The translations under genes and the position numbers were made by a program. The notes beneath the pieces are model-generated. The model was given only the letters and a program-made list of their open reading frames with translations, did no database searches and had not been told where the DNA came from. From an uncultured Candidatus Saccharibacteria bacterium (GTDB lineage: Bacteria > Patescibacteriota > Minisyncoccia > Minisyncoccales > 2-12-FULL-40-12): DNA of 64,000 nucleotides. Positions 17,464 to 27,118 of this stretch are shown here, piece by piece (position 1 is the first letter of the stretch; each line of letters opens with the position of its first letter). The stretch lies in NCBI GenBank assembly GCA_964518135.1, contig CAZFEY010000001.1, positions 2,856 through 66,855 of the forward strand. Reading direction: 5' to 3'.

Positions 17464-17598
17464 GCGCCCGTAGCTCAATTGGCCCCGCACCCTCCATGCC
17501 CCCATAGCTTAATTGGTAAAGCAGGAACCTCTTAAGTTCAAGAGTCCAGGTTCGAGCCCTGGTGGGGGCATAGAGCGTACGGGGCAAACCTAGGCGCA
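17464..17598 (+). pseudogene. Outer tRNA remnant split in the D-loop
   Basis: GCGCCCG TA GCTCAATTGG (17464-17482) and TAGGCGC A (17591-17598); anticodon and T arms missing. Confidence 0.6.
17498..17570 (+). tRNA. tRNA-Lys(CTT), inner
   Basis: GCCCCCA/TGGGGGC, GCTT/AAGC D-stem, CT-CTT-AA loop, CCAGG TTCGAGC CCTGG. Confidence 0.92.
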
Positions 17599-17655
17599 AT
17601 ACAATAATCAAGTCGAGATAATTAAGGTATTACTGTTAAACAACATACATTATAT

Positions 17656-17922
17656 ATGCTAAGCAACGAGGAAAAAGGAAAGATAATATCAAAACACAAA
17701 ATCCACGAGAAAGACACTGGATCTGCCGAGGTGCAAATCGCTTTACTTTCCGAGGAGATAGATAAGCTTCTTTTGCATCTTAAAAGCCACGCAAAAGATT
17801 TTCATTCAAAGCGGGGTCTTTTGAAAATGGTATCAAGAAGAAGGAAGCTTTTGAGCGTCTTGAAAGAAGAAGACGAAAAAAGATATAATAGTATTATAAA
17901 AAAAGTTGGTCTTAAAAAATAG
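17656..17922 (+). CDS. rpsO: 30S ribosomal protein S15
   Basis: [25 protein letters not shown]. Confidence 0.98.
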   Translation: MLSNEEKGKIISKHKIHEKDTGSAEVQIALLSEEIDKLLLHLKSHAKDFHSKRGLLKMVSRRRKLLSVLKEEDEKRYNSIIKKVGLKK

Positions 17923-18030
17923 CAACCGTTTCGTTGTTTTTTCTGGTGCGATTCTAAAAATAACCCGCCGGTCATCACGAACATTCATTAGTTTTTAAAG
18001 TTTATTCATAGTGATCGGTAGTATCTATTT

Positions 18031-18615
18031 GTGATCATAAAACATTTAGGACAAAGAGTTGGAGTATTTATAGATATTCAAAACCTTTATCATTCTGCTA
18101 AAAATCTTTACCAGTCTAGGGTTAATTTTGAAGAAGTTCTCAAATTCGCCATTGGCGGACGTAGCCTGATAAGGGCTTTTGCTTATGTGGTTAGAACCAA
18201 AACGGGCGAAGAAAGGCCTTTTTTTGACGCGCTAGTGAGTCTCGGCATTGAAACACGTATCCGCGATTTACAAGAGTTTTTTGGCGGTCAAAAAAAAGCC
18301 GACTGGGACGTTGGTATTGTAATTGACGCCATACGAATAGCTCCAAGCGTTGATACTATCGTTCTGGCATCGGGAGATGGAGATTTTATATCTCTCGTTG
18401 AATACTTAAAAAACCAGGGGAAAAGAGTAGAAGTTATTGCTTTCGACAGATCAGCATCAAAAGGATTAAAGGAAATAGCTGATGAATTTATTGATATGGA
18501 AAAAAATACGGATAAATATCTTTTACACGCAAAACGCAATTTGTTTAATCTCAAAATTGGCAAAATTAATATAAGAAAAACTGACCCGAAACCAAAATGG
18601 AAAAATTCAAATTAA
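18031..18615 (+). CDS. NYN domain (LabA/DUF88) protein
   Basis: VFIDIQNL, KKADWDV, LASGDGDF, GKRVEV. Confidence 0.9.
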   Translation: MIIKHLGQRVGVFIDIQNLYHSAKNLYQSRVNFEEVLKFAIGGRSLIRAFAYVVRTKTGEERPFFDALVSLGIETRIRDLQEFFGGQKKADWDVGIVIDAIRIAPSVDTIVLASGDGDFISLVEYLKNQGKRVEVIAFDRSASKGLKEIADEFIDMEKNTDKYLLHAKRNLFNLKIGKINIRKTDPKPKWKNSN

Positions 18616-20711
18616 AACTGGGTGAACGCGAACTCGTGGTTGAAATTAAAAATCTCGCCGAACAAGCCAATGGTTCTTTATTAATAAGATACGGCGATAC
18701 CTTGATTCTAGCTACTTGCGTAATGTCAAAATTAGAAAAAGAAAATCTTGATTTCTTCCCCTTGATTGTTGATTACGAAGAAAGATACTATGCTGCCGGA
18801 AAAATTAGGGGTGGAAGATTTATGAAGAGAGAAGGAAAACCTTCAGACGAAGCAATATTGGTATCGAGACTGATCGATCGCCCAATCAGGCCGCTGTTTC
18901 CAAAAAATCTTAATCGCGAAGTCCAAGTACTCCTAACTTGTCTTTCTTGGGACGCAGAGAATGATCCAGACATAATAGGTATTATTGGTGCATCTCTCTC
19001 TCTTTCGATATCTGATATTCCCTGGTCTGGGCCAATATCATCTGTCAGAGTGGCAAGAATCGACGATCGGTTCGTCATAAATCCAACCTATCAACAAAGA
19101 GAACAAAGCCAATTCGATTTAGTTCTTACGGGGGTAGAGCAAAAAGGAGAAATCTTAACAAATATGATCGAGGGTGGATTTGATGAAACATCAGAAGAAT
19201 TGCTTTCTGGCGCTTTCGAATTTGCTATTCCTTATTTAAAACAAGCTATTGATTTTCAAAAAGAAATTATGGAAACAGTAGGGAAAACGAAAGTTACCAT
19301 CCAAGAAAAACAAAAAGATACGGAGCTAGAAGAAGAAGTGCGATACATTATAAAGGATAGATTAGAGGAAGCGCTATACCAAACCAATAAGGCGAAAAGG
19401 ATTGCCAGTGTTGATGAAATCAAGCAAGAAGTTTCTACCATTATCGGAGAAAAAGATCCTTATAAAATCAAAAGTGCATTGGCTTTGGTAGATGACGAAA
19501 TCGAAAAAATAATACATAACAATATAGTCCAGAACGGAAAAAGGCCCGACGGCAGAAAAATTGACGAAATTAGACAGCTTCATGTCGAGGCAGGATTACT
19601 CCCAAGAACTCATGGCTCCGGCCTTTTCGAAAGAGGGCAGACTAAAAGTTTGTCTATTTTAACTTTAGGATCGCCTGGCGACCAGCAGCTTTTAGAAGGA
19701 ATGGAAATAGTTGGTAAAAAACGTTTTATGCACCATTATAATTTCCCTCCTTATTCCGTAGGAGAGATAAAACCAATGAGGGGACCTGGTAGAAGAGAAA
19801 TTGGACATGGCATGCTCGCTGAAAAAGCTTTGCTTCCTCTTATTCCTTCTTTTGAGGAATTTCCCTACACCATCAGAGTAGTATCTGAAATACTCTCCTC
19901 TAATGGTTCTAGCTCTATGGCTGCTGTTTCTTCTTCTTCTCTCGCATTAATGGATGCGGGCGTACCTATTAAAGGACCCGCCACCGGCATCGCCATTGGG
20001 TTAATGACTGATCAATCTTCTATTGTTGATAACCCCAATAAAAAATATAAAATTTTAGCAGATATCCAAGGGCCAGAAGATCACTATGGCGATATGGATT
20101 TTAAAATCGCTGGCACAAGAAACGGCATCACAGCTATTCAAATGGATGTTAAAATAAAGGGAATCAGCCACAATATATTTAAAGAGGCTTTAAGTCTTGG
20201 TCAAAAAATAAGAGCGCAGATTCTAGACGAAATAGAAAAAACGCTCGCAAAACCCAGAGAAAATCTCTCCCCCTACGCTCCCCGCATAATAACAATTAAA
20301 ATCAACCCAGAAAAAATTAGAGAAGTAATAGGACCCGGGGGCAAGGTAATCAATGAAATTATAGCGAACACCGGAGCCGCAATAGATATTGACCAATCCG
20401 GATTGGTTTTTATTACATCAGAAAACCAAGAGGGTGCGCAAAAAGCCGCTGACATAATCGAAGGAATAACCAGAGAAGTGCAAATCGGAGAAACTTTTAA
20501 TGGCAAGGTAAAACGCTTGATAGACTTTGGCGCATTTGTAGAAATACTGCCCAATCAAGAAGGATTAATACATATATCTCAATTATCAACAAATAGGGCA
20601 AAAAAAATAAACGAGCTCGCCAAGGTAGGAGATGTTATACCGGTAAAGGTCATAAGTATAGACGAGCAGGGAAGAATCAATCTTGCTCCGGAAAAATCAG
20701 CAAAGAGATAA
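18597..20711 (+). CDS. pnp: Polyribonucleotide nucleotidyltransferase
   Basis: FFPLIVDYEE..YAAGKI.GG, HYNFPPYSVGE, GRREIGHG, GDMDFK; KH and S1 domains. Confidence 0.98.
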   Translation: MEKFKLKLGERELVVEIKNLAEQANGSLLIRYGDTLILATCVMSKLEKENLDFFPLIVDYEERYYAAGKIRGGRFMKREGKPSDEAILVSRLIDRPIRPLFPKNLNREVQVLLTCLSWDAENDPDIIGIIGASLSLSISDIPWSGPISSVRVARIDDRFVINPTYQQREQSQFDLVLTGVEQKGEILTNMIEGGFDETSEELLSGAFEFAIPYLKQAIDFQKEIMETVGKTKVTIQEKQKDTELEEEVRYIIKDRLEEALYQTNKAKRIASVDEIKQEVSTIIGEKDPYKIKSALALVDDEIEKIIHNNIVQNGKRPDGRKIDEIRQLHVEAGLLPRTHGSGLFERGQTKSLSILTLGSPGDQQLLEGMEIVGKKRFMHHYNFPPYSVGEIKPMRGPGRREIGHGMLAEKALLPLIPSFEEFPYTIRVVSEILSSNGSSSMAAVSSSSLALMDAGVPIKGPATGIAIGLMTDQSSIVDNPNKKYKILADIQGPEDHYGDMDFKIAGTRNGITAIQMDVKIKGISHNIFKEALSLGQKIRAQILDEIEKTLAKPRENLSPYAPRIITIKINPEKIREVIGPGGKVINEIIANTGAAIDIDQSGLVFITSENQEGAQKAADIIEGITREVQIGETFNGKVKRLIDFGAFVEILPNQEGLIHISQLSTNRAKKINELAKVGDVIPVKVISIDEQGRINLAPEKSAKR

Positions 20712-20736
20712 AATTCAGTTTTAAAAATTAGAAAGT

Positions 20737-23616
20737 ATGGTACAAGGCCAACAACAAACGGATAACCAAGATATTCTTAAGAAGGCCGAGATAAAAACAA
20801 TGCAGGCTGATATTTTGGCTGCCCAAAAAATATCTGACAAGAACGACCTAGCTACTCGAGAAAGAGAAATGGCAAGAAAAATAACAGAACAGAAAAGGGC
20901 CGAGGAAGAACGTAAAAAGATTGCCGCTCAAACCATAAAGAAAACTTTACCGACGCAAACTAAAAAAATTGACGAAAAAAAAGTGATCAATGATGGAGAA
21001 GAAGCTATTAAAAAATTTGAGGCGGATAGGAGGAAAGAAGAATCAGATGTTATAGCGAAAACAAACGTAAAAATCCAAGAAGAACAAAGAAAAAAAGAAA
21101 TAGCCGAACGGAAGGCCGCTGAAGAAAGGCGTCTCGAAGAAGAAAAAAAACAGAGAAATGCAGAAAAAGAAAAATTAAAACAAATAGAAGAAGCCCGAAA
21201 AAAAGAGATCGTAGCAATACGACAAAGAGAAGAAGCGATACTCGCGGCCAAAGAAGCAAGACGCATCAGGGAAAGGGAAATACTGCAATTAGAAGAAGAA
21301 AAAATATTATTAGAAAAAGGGCTTCAAGATATTTTGAGCAGAAGAGTTCCGCTAGAAACAGAAATAAACCAGCTTGCCAAGCGAGAATCTCAATTGCAGG
21401 AAAATTTGAATGAAGTCTCGAAAAGAGAAGATGAGGTTGAAAGAGAAGTAAAAACAATTGAAGCTAAGGAAAAATCGGCCGACACAGAAGAGAAGAAGAA
21501 ACTTGAACAACAAAGATGGGAAATTGAAGAGAAGAGAAGGAGAGTAGAGAAAGAAAGGTGGGAATGGGAGGCAGAAATCGGTAAAGTAAAGGACCAAAAA
21601 AGAGAGGTTAGTTTAAGGTATAATAGACTTTTGACTAACGAAGAGGAAATCCTAGAGAGAAAAAGGGCAATCGCTGACAAACAAGAAGAAATTAAAATAG
21701 AAAATGAGAAAATAGAATTAGAAAAAGAATTACAAAGGTTAAAAGAGAAAAAATCTCCCCTAGAGATAGAGATTAATGCCATTTTGGAGAGAGAATCTCA
21801 ACTCCAAGCGAAACTAGACAGCGTTTCGAGTAAAGAGAATGACATTGAAAGAGAAATAAGCTCAATTGAAGACAGAGAAAAATCTACTGGCGTGACCGAG
21901 GGGAAAAAAGAGCTTGAACAACAAAGATGGGAGATTGAAGAGAAAAGAAGGGGAGTGGAAAAAGAGAGGTGGGAATGGGAGGCAGAAATCGGAAAAGTAA
22001 AGGACGACCTAAAAAGAATAGAAAATGAGTATCAAAAAATTCTCTTAAGAGAAAAGGAATTATTATTAAAACTACACCCAGAACAAATAACTAATTTATC
22101 TAACCGATTGGAAGAGGAAGAGAAAGCTACAATACCTACAAAAACAACACCTCCCTTACAAAAAAGAGAAAGGGCAGATGTTAAAATTTCCGAAAACAAA
22201 CCCGTAAAACCAGAACCCCAGAACAAGGAAGAAAACCTTGCCGACTCGACTATTTCTCAAAAGACAGCCGCGCCAGAAAAAACGCAACTGGACAACCATC
22301 AAGAGAAACAACATCTAGACGAGACAATAAATAGACAAATGGAAGTGCTAAAAGAGATCGAACGTCTTAAGGCAGAAACAGAAAAAGAAAAACAACAGAC
22401 AAGAAACGAAGGAGAGGTAGCGCAAACACAGGTAAATATAACCGTTGAATCAGCCCACGAGCAAGAGTCTGGGCAGACAACAACCATCCAATCCCAACCA
22501 GAACCGGCACTAGATCAGGAAGAGATAACCACGCATCAAGTACCACCCCAACCAATACCCATTAAACCGCAGAAATTCTGGATGAAAGAAGAGGCTAAAG
22601 CATTTGAAACGCAAACCAGAGATCCTCAAAAAGAAAGCGAGATTAAAAAGCGACTTGATGAAATCCAACAACAAGAAGAAATAGAAAGAAAAGAATTTTT
22701 AGAAAGGATTCAAGGAAGTGAATCGAAAAAATCGACCATTGGAAGAATTAATAAAGAAAATATTCCTATCAAGCCTCAACCAGAAACACCTGAAATTATT
22801 ACATCTATAGCGCCTCGGCCCTCTGCTTTTGGTAAATTCTGGTCAAGAATTTTAGCAACAATGATAGTTGTCGCCATCTTCGCTGGTGTGTTTTGGTTAA
22901 TTTACTGGACATTCTTTATCCGAAAAGCGCAAATCAAAACAACCTGGTGTGAAAACGAAAAAGTCCAGATACCGCAATCTGAATTCTCTCCAGAAAGATG
23001 CGTTCCGCCACCCATCGTGATTCCTGAAATTCGCGTTCCGCCAGATTTAATTAGTATTGCAACCAGAAAGGAAATTGTTGTTCCGGAAAAAGGAGATCCA
23101 TTAAAGGAGCTGGCAAGATTTTTAGAGGAAAATGGCGAAGAACTAGAACAAAATAAGCCTACCAGGATAGTAATAAAGAGCCTCGATAAAAAGGAAGTGC
23201 TTGGTTTTGAGGATTTTTTCAATCTTTTTAAGGCAACTGTGCCAGATGGTTTTTATTCTAAAATCAACAAAGACTTTAATCTTCTTATCTACCCACAGAA
23301 AGAAGGACGAAGATGGGGCATAATAAGCCAAATTACAACCCAAGAAGGCGTTGATGTTGTTGGCGAAACAGTAACTATGCTTCGGCTTTGGGAAGACAAA
23401 ATGGATCAAAATCTCCAAACTCTTTTTGTATTTTTTGGAAAAACAGAACCAGCCATAAATGATTTCTTCACCAGAGTGCCGTATGGAAACATAAACATAC
23501 GTTGCCAGACTTTCAGCAAAGAGGATTTTGGCGATTGCTACGCTATAAAAGGAAACAGTTTCGTTTTAACCACCTCCTTAGAAAGTATAAAAAAAATATT
23601 AGACGAAATAAAATAA
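20737..23616 (+). CDS. Large coiled-coil single-pass membrane protein
   Basis: E/K-rich coiled coil with a ~137-aa duplication, TM helix near aa 705-728, one WC-x16-C module. Confidence 0.75.
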   Translation: MVQGQQQTDNQDILKKAEIKTMQADILAAQKISDKNDLATREREMARKITEQKRAEEERKKIAAQTIKKTLPTQTKKIDEKKVINDGEEAIKKFEADRRKEESDVIAKTNVKIQEEQRKKEIAERKAAEERRLEEEKKQRNAEKEKLKQIEEARKKEIVAIRQREEAILAAKEARRIREREILQLEEEKILLEKGLQDILSRRVPLETEINQLAKRESQLQENLNEVSKREDEVEREVKTIEAKEKSADTEEKKKLEQQRWEIEEKRRRVEKERWEWEAEIGKVKDQKREVSLRYNRLLTNEEEILERKRAIADKQEEIKIENEKIELEKELQRLKEKKSPLEIEINAILERESQLQAKLDSVSSKENDIEREISSIEDREKSTGVTEGKKELEQQRWEIEEKRRGVEKERWEWEAEIGKVKDDLKRIENEYQKILLREKELLLKLHPEQITNLSNRLEEEEKATIPTKTTPPLQKRERADVKISENKPVKPEPQNKEENLADSTISQKTAAPEKTQLDNHQEKQHLDETINRQMEVLKEIERLKAETEKEKQQTRNEGEVAQTQVNITVESAHEQESGQTTTIQSQPEPALDQEEITTHQVPPQPIPIKPQKFWMKEEAKAFETQTRDPQKESEIKKRLDEIQQQEEIERKEFLERIQGSESKKSTIGRINKENIPIKPQPETPEIITSIAPRPSAFGKFWSRILATMIVVAIFAGVFWLIYWTFFIRKAQIKTTWCENEKVQIPQSEFSPERCVPPPIVIPEIRVPPDLISIATRKEIVVPEKGDPLKELARFLEENGEELEQNKPTRIVIKSLDKKEVLGFEDFFNLFKATVPDGFYSKINKDFNLLIYPQKEGRRWGIISQITTQEGVDVVGETVTMLRLWEDKMDQNLQTLFVFFGKTEPAINDFFTRVPYGNINIRCQTFSKEDFGDCYAIKGNSFVLTTSLESIKKILDEIK

Positions 23617-23984
23617 TGATCAAAGATAAAAAGTTTATCCAACGACAAAAAGAAAAATTAGAACAAGAAAAAAGTGATATCGAGAATTCTTTGAAGAGTT
23701 TCGCTACGAAAGACAAAAAATTAACGGGCGACTGGGATACTAAATTTCCTCAATTTAATAGCTCTGACCTGGAAGATTCTTCCGACGAGGTAGAAGAGTA
23801 CGAAAACCTCTTACCAATTGAATTCTCGCTGGAGAAAAGATTAAATGCAGTAAATACGGCATTAAATAATATAAAAGAAGAGAAATACGGCTATTGCATA
23901 AAATGCGAAAAAGAAATTCCCGTAGAAAGACTAGAAGCTCATCCTTCTGCCCAAACTTGTAATCAGTGCGATTCTAAAAAGTAA
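23616..23984 (+). CDS. DksA/TraR C4-type zinc finger protein
   Basis: YGYCIKC...I..ERLEA.P.A..C..C; start taken at ATG 23616. Confidence 0.88.
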   Translation: MIKDKKFIQRQKEKLEQEKSDIENSLKSFATKDKKLTGDWDTKFPQFNSSDLEDSSDEVEEYENLLPIEFSLEKRLNAVNTALNNIKEEKYGYCIKCEKEIPVERLEAHPSAQTCNQCDSKK

Positions 23985-24015
23985 TTTTCTATGCCTAAAT
24001 TAAGTTTTAAAAAAT

Positions 24016-25572
24016 ATGCCGTCTAAGGTTTTCTCGGCAGCTATCTGCGGGCTGGATGCCCAAATTATAGAGGTGGAGGTTGATTGCAGTTATGGCCTCC
24101 GCTATTTTAATATAGTCGGATTACCAGATAAAAGCGTAGAAGAAGCAAGAGAAAGAGTGGGGTCTGCGATAAAAAGCATTAAGCTTTCTTCCCCACAACA
24201 AAAACCTCTGCGCGTTTTAGTAAATCTGGCTCCAGCCGACCTAAAAAAAGAAGGGAGCTTATACGACCTACCTATTGCTTTAGGATTTTTACTTGCGTCA
24301 AAACAAACTAATTTTAACCCAGAACAAAGAATATTCATGGGTGAATTATCGTTAGACGGAAAACTAAGGCCGATAAAAGGCGCCTTGTCTGTTGCCTTGA
24401 TGGCACAAGGTAAATTCTCCGAAATAATTCTTCCGAAGGATAATGCCGCAGAGGCTGCTATCATACTAAGTGATAAACCAGATCAAAAAATAAACAAGTT
24501 TGTTCCTAACGGAATAAAGATTATTGGAGCCGAAACGTTAAGCGAGGTTCTAGCGCACATAGAAGGGAGGAAAGAAATCGCACCTACTGTCGCAGATTTT
24601 TCAAATTATGCGCCAAAAGATAATTTCTCTTCCGAAATCAACTTCATAAAAGGACAGGAATATGCAAAAAGAGCATTGGAGATAGTGGCCGGAGGCAGTC
24701 ATAATTTATTAATGATTGGCCCGCCAGGATCCGGTAAGACATTACTGGCCAAAGCACTGCCTTATTTAATGCCACCCCTCACATTTAAAGAGGCTTTGGA
24801 GGTAACGAAAATTTACAGCGTTGCCGGTATATTACCAAAAGAACAACCAATTATCGGATTAAGGCCGTTTAGAAGCCCTCACCATACGACGTCCGAAACG
24901 GCTCTTATCGGAGGCGGCAATCCGCCAAGGCCTGGAGAAATAACTTTAGCCCATAAAGGCGTGCTTTTTCTGGATGAATTTCCAGAATTTCACCGCGATG
25001 CGTTAGAAAGTTTACGGCAACCAATAGAAGAGGGAAGAATTACTATTTTGCGCGCAAAGCACTCTTTAACATTGCCTGCCAGATTCACCTTGGTATCGGC
25101 AGCAAATCCTTGTCCTTGCGGCCATTTTAATAACCCAGACAGGGAATGCGTGTGCAATAGTTCTCAAATACAATCCTACAGAAGAAAACTGTCTGGTCCT
25201 TTGATGGATAGGATAGATCTTGTGGTTGAGGTTCCCCAGATTAAATACGAAAAGTTAGTAGCGCCTGAACAAAATCATCCCTGGAATGAAATTAAACAAA
25301 AAATCAAAAACGCACGAGTCATACAACAACAAAGATTCGGCAAAGACTCAACGAATGCTGAAATGACAATGCAACACATAAAAAAGTTTTGCGAAATTGA
25401 TAGTAAGTCTCAAAATCTTTTAAGGAAATACGTTGATTCTGGTAAGTTGTCGGCAAGGGGATACCATAGAATACTTAAAATTGCTAGAACCATTGCCGAT
25501 CTAGAGGTAACCGAAAAAATATCCTACGAACACATAGGTGAAGCCTTAATATATAGAACAAAAGAGGTGTAA
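24016..25572 (+). CDS. comM: ComM/YifB Mg-chelatase-like AAA+ ATPase
   Basis: VNLAPADLKKEG..YDLPIALG, GPPGSGKT, PFRSPHHT, LAHKGVLFLDE, NPCPCG. Confidence 0.92.
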   Translation: MPSKVFSAAICGLDAQIIEVEVDCSYGLRYFNIVGLPDKSVEEARERVGSAIKSIKLSSPQQKPLRVLVNLAPADLKKEGSLYDLPIALGFLLASKQTNFNPEQRIFMGELSLDGKLRPIKGALSVALMAQGKFSEIILPKDNAAEAAIILSDKPDQKINKFVPNGIKIIGAETLSEVLAHIEGRKEIAPTVADFSNYAPKDNFSSEINFIKGQEYAKRALEIVAGGSHNLLMIGPPGSGKTLLAKALPYLMPPLTFKEALEVTKIYSVAGILPKEQPIIGLRPFRSPHHTTSETALIGGGNPPRPGEITLAHKGVLFLDEFPEFHRDALESLRQPIEEGRITILRAKHSLTLPARFTLVSAANPCPCGHFNNPDRECVCNSSQIQSYRRKLSGPLMDRIDLVVEVPQIKYEKLVAPEQNHPWNEIKQKIKNARVIQQQRFGKDSTNAEMTMQHIKKFCEIDSKSQNLLRKYVDSGKLSARGYHRILKIARTIADLEVTEKISYEHIGEALIYRTKEV

Positions 25573-25575
25573 ACA

Positions 25576-25599
25576 AAAAATCCCTCGCAGGGATTTTTA
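25576..25599 (+). terminator. Bidirectional intrinsic terminator
   Basis: aaaaaatccct-cgc-agggattttt between convergent genes. Confidence 0.65.
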
Positions 25600-25662
25600 C
25601 TTTTTACTTCCTATTTTCCAGATTCTATTTCCTATTTCCTATATCTTAAGTCCTAAATCCCA

Positions 25663-26955
25663 TTACCTAGCGAATGGGTTTGTCCCTCCTCTCACTTCAA
25701 AGTGCAAGTGACAACCAGTTGAAATTCCTGCACCACTCATTCCTGGCTTACCGCCCGTTAAGGCTATAACCTGACCTTGCGAAACTTGCTCGCCCGGACC
25801 CACCATGCTTGTAGCTAAGTGACCATAAAAAGTAACTAGTCCATTGGGATGTAAAATCATAATGTAATTTCCTGCTCCACCGTTCCAGCCATATCTTACT
25901 CTTTGTACTTGTCCTCCGGCCGCTGCATAGATTGGACTATTGCATTTACTGGCAAAATCAACGGCGTTGTGCCAGTGTAAACCTTGAGTTAAAGAGCAAG
26001 ACCCAACAACAGGACATATAAAATAGCTTGAACCGACCGGTATTTGATTCGATGGAACTATTGGCTTGGCAGCTACTGATTGTGACGGCATTTTTCCGCC
26101 CGGCACAACCAAGATGTCTCCTATATAAATATCTTCTTCTTCGGCTAACTCGTTAAAAGCAATAATATCATTCGTCTCTACTTTATAGGTTTTAGCAATA
26201 GCGGCCAAAGTATCGCCCTTTTTAACATAATGTGCCACGCCAGAAATAGGCAAGATGATCAATGACTGGCCCGGCTTTATCTTTGCGCCCCTGCCTAGCT
26301 CATTAGCCCAAAGCAATGTTTCTAAAGTGATATCGAACTTTTCGGCTATACTATTCAAGCTATCTCCATCTTCAACAATATACTCAACAATTTCTGCTCT
26401 GTCGCTCGAAAAATCTTCTTCTTCTCCGATTATCGCACCAAGCGTCTGGCCCGTTGTCATTACCGGAGGAGTAAAAGCCACCAAGCTGTTATTTTGCACA
26501 AATAGCGTATCTGGAGTTTCTTTAACTGCATCGGTCGTCGCCAGACCAACAAAAAGATCGGTTTTATTAACCGAACTTTTTATATCTTCATCCAATAATA
26601 TATTTAACAAATCAACGTTTAATAACGATGCTTGTAAATTATCCTTGACCAATAAGGCGCTTGTTTTCCGCGCAGAAAAAACATTGAAAACAGTAGCGAA
26701 TAAAAGCAAAATTACTACCACCAGCCATAAATGGGAAAAAGGGTCTTTGGCAGATCCTTTTCTCTTAAGCAAACTGATTGTTTTTCTCATTAAAGAGGCT
26801 AAAGCCTCAAAAGAGATTTGTTGTCTAGGAATATTTCTTAAAAATCTTTCAAAAAAATCTTTCCCGACTAGCCTAAGTGGCACGACGCACCACCGGCAAA
26901 CTATGTTTATTAGTTTATCACTACCAGGCATTAAGTCAACCCCGTTAGAAACCAT
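25663..26955 (-). CDS. LysM x2 plus M23 peptidase (start uncertain, probably downstream of 26955)
   Basis: Two LysM motifs (Y.V..GDSL..IA), HNAVDF, YGHL, STGCHLHFEV. Confidence 0.9.
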   Translation of the reverse strand: MVSNGVDLMPGSDKLINIVCRWCVVPLRLVGKDFFERFLRNIPRQQISFEALASLMRKTISLLKRKGSAKDPFSHLWLVVVILLLFATVFNVFSARKTSALLVKDNLQASLLNVDLLNILLDEDIKSSVNKTDLFVGLATTDAVKETPDTLFVQNNSLVAFTPPVMTTGQTLGAIIGEEEDFSSDRAEIVEYIVEDGDSLNSIAEKFDITLETLLWANELGRGAKIKPGQSLIILPISGVAHYVKKGDTLAAIAKTYKVETNDIIAFNELAEEEDIYIGDILVVPGGKMPSQSVAAKPIVPSNQIPVGSSYFICPVVGSCSLTQGLHWHNAVDFASKCNSPIYAAAGGQVQRVRYGWNGGAGNYIMILHPNGLVTFYGHLATSMVGPGEQVSQGQVIALTGGKPGMSGAGISTGCHLHFEVRGGTNPFAR

Positions 26956-27054
26956 CTGTGAAAATTTGCTTACTAAGCATAGAAGCCGTGAGGCGACTCC
27001 GTCTCATAGCTCTCTGTAAAATCGATGGCCATCGCGGGCTTCTAACGGGGTCAA
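26936..27054. repeat. MITE/REP-like element with 11-bp terminal IR
   Basis: tcaa-CCCCGTTAGAA (26940-26950)...TTCTAACGGGG (27040-27050)-tcaa. Confidence 0.75.
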
Positions 27055-27118
27055 CTCCGATAGTGGAAAGCGATTGTGGTCTTATTTTGCATGATTTTCT
27101 GTTAAGATATATTAAGTA

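Noticed and set aside
14250-17598. Prophage attL/attR remnants or assembly collapse
   Set aside because: Both halves of the outer tRNA flank the inner gene and are divergent from it rather than identical; no integrase is present. Read-level confirmation is still needed.
16776-17611. ORFs 16776..17027, 16786..17001 and 17396..17611
   Set aside because: Translations of the nested tRNA sequences.
26255-27019. 254-aa plus-strand ORF
   Set aside because: Antisense shadow of the LysM/M23 gene, like most short overlapping ORFs in the track.
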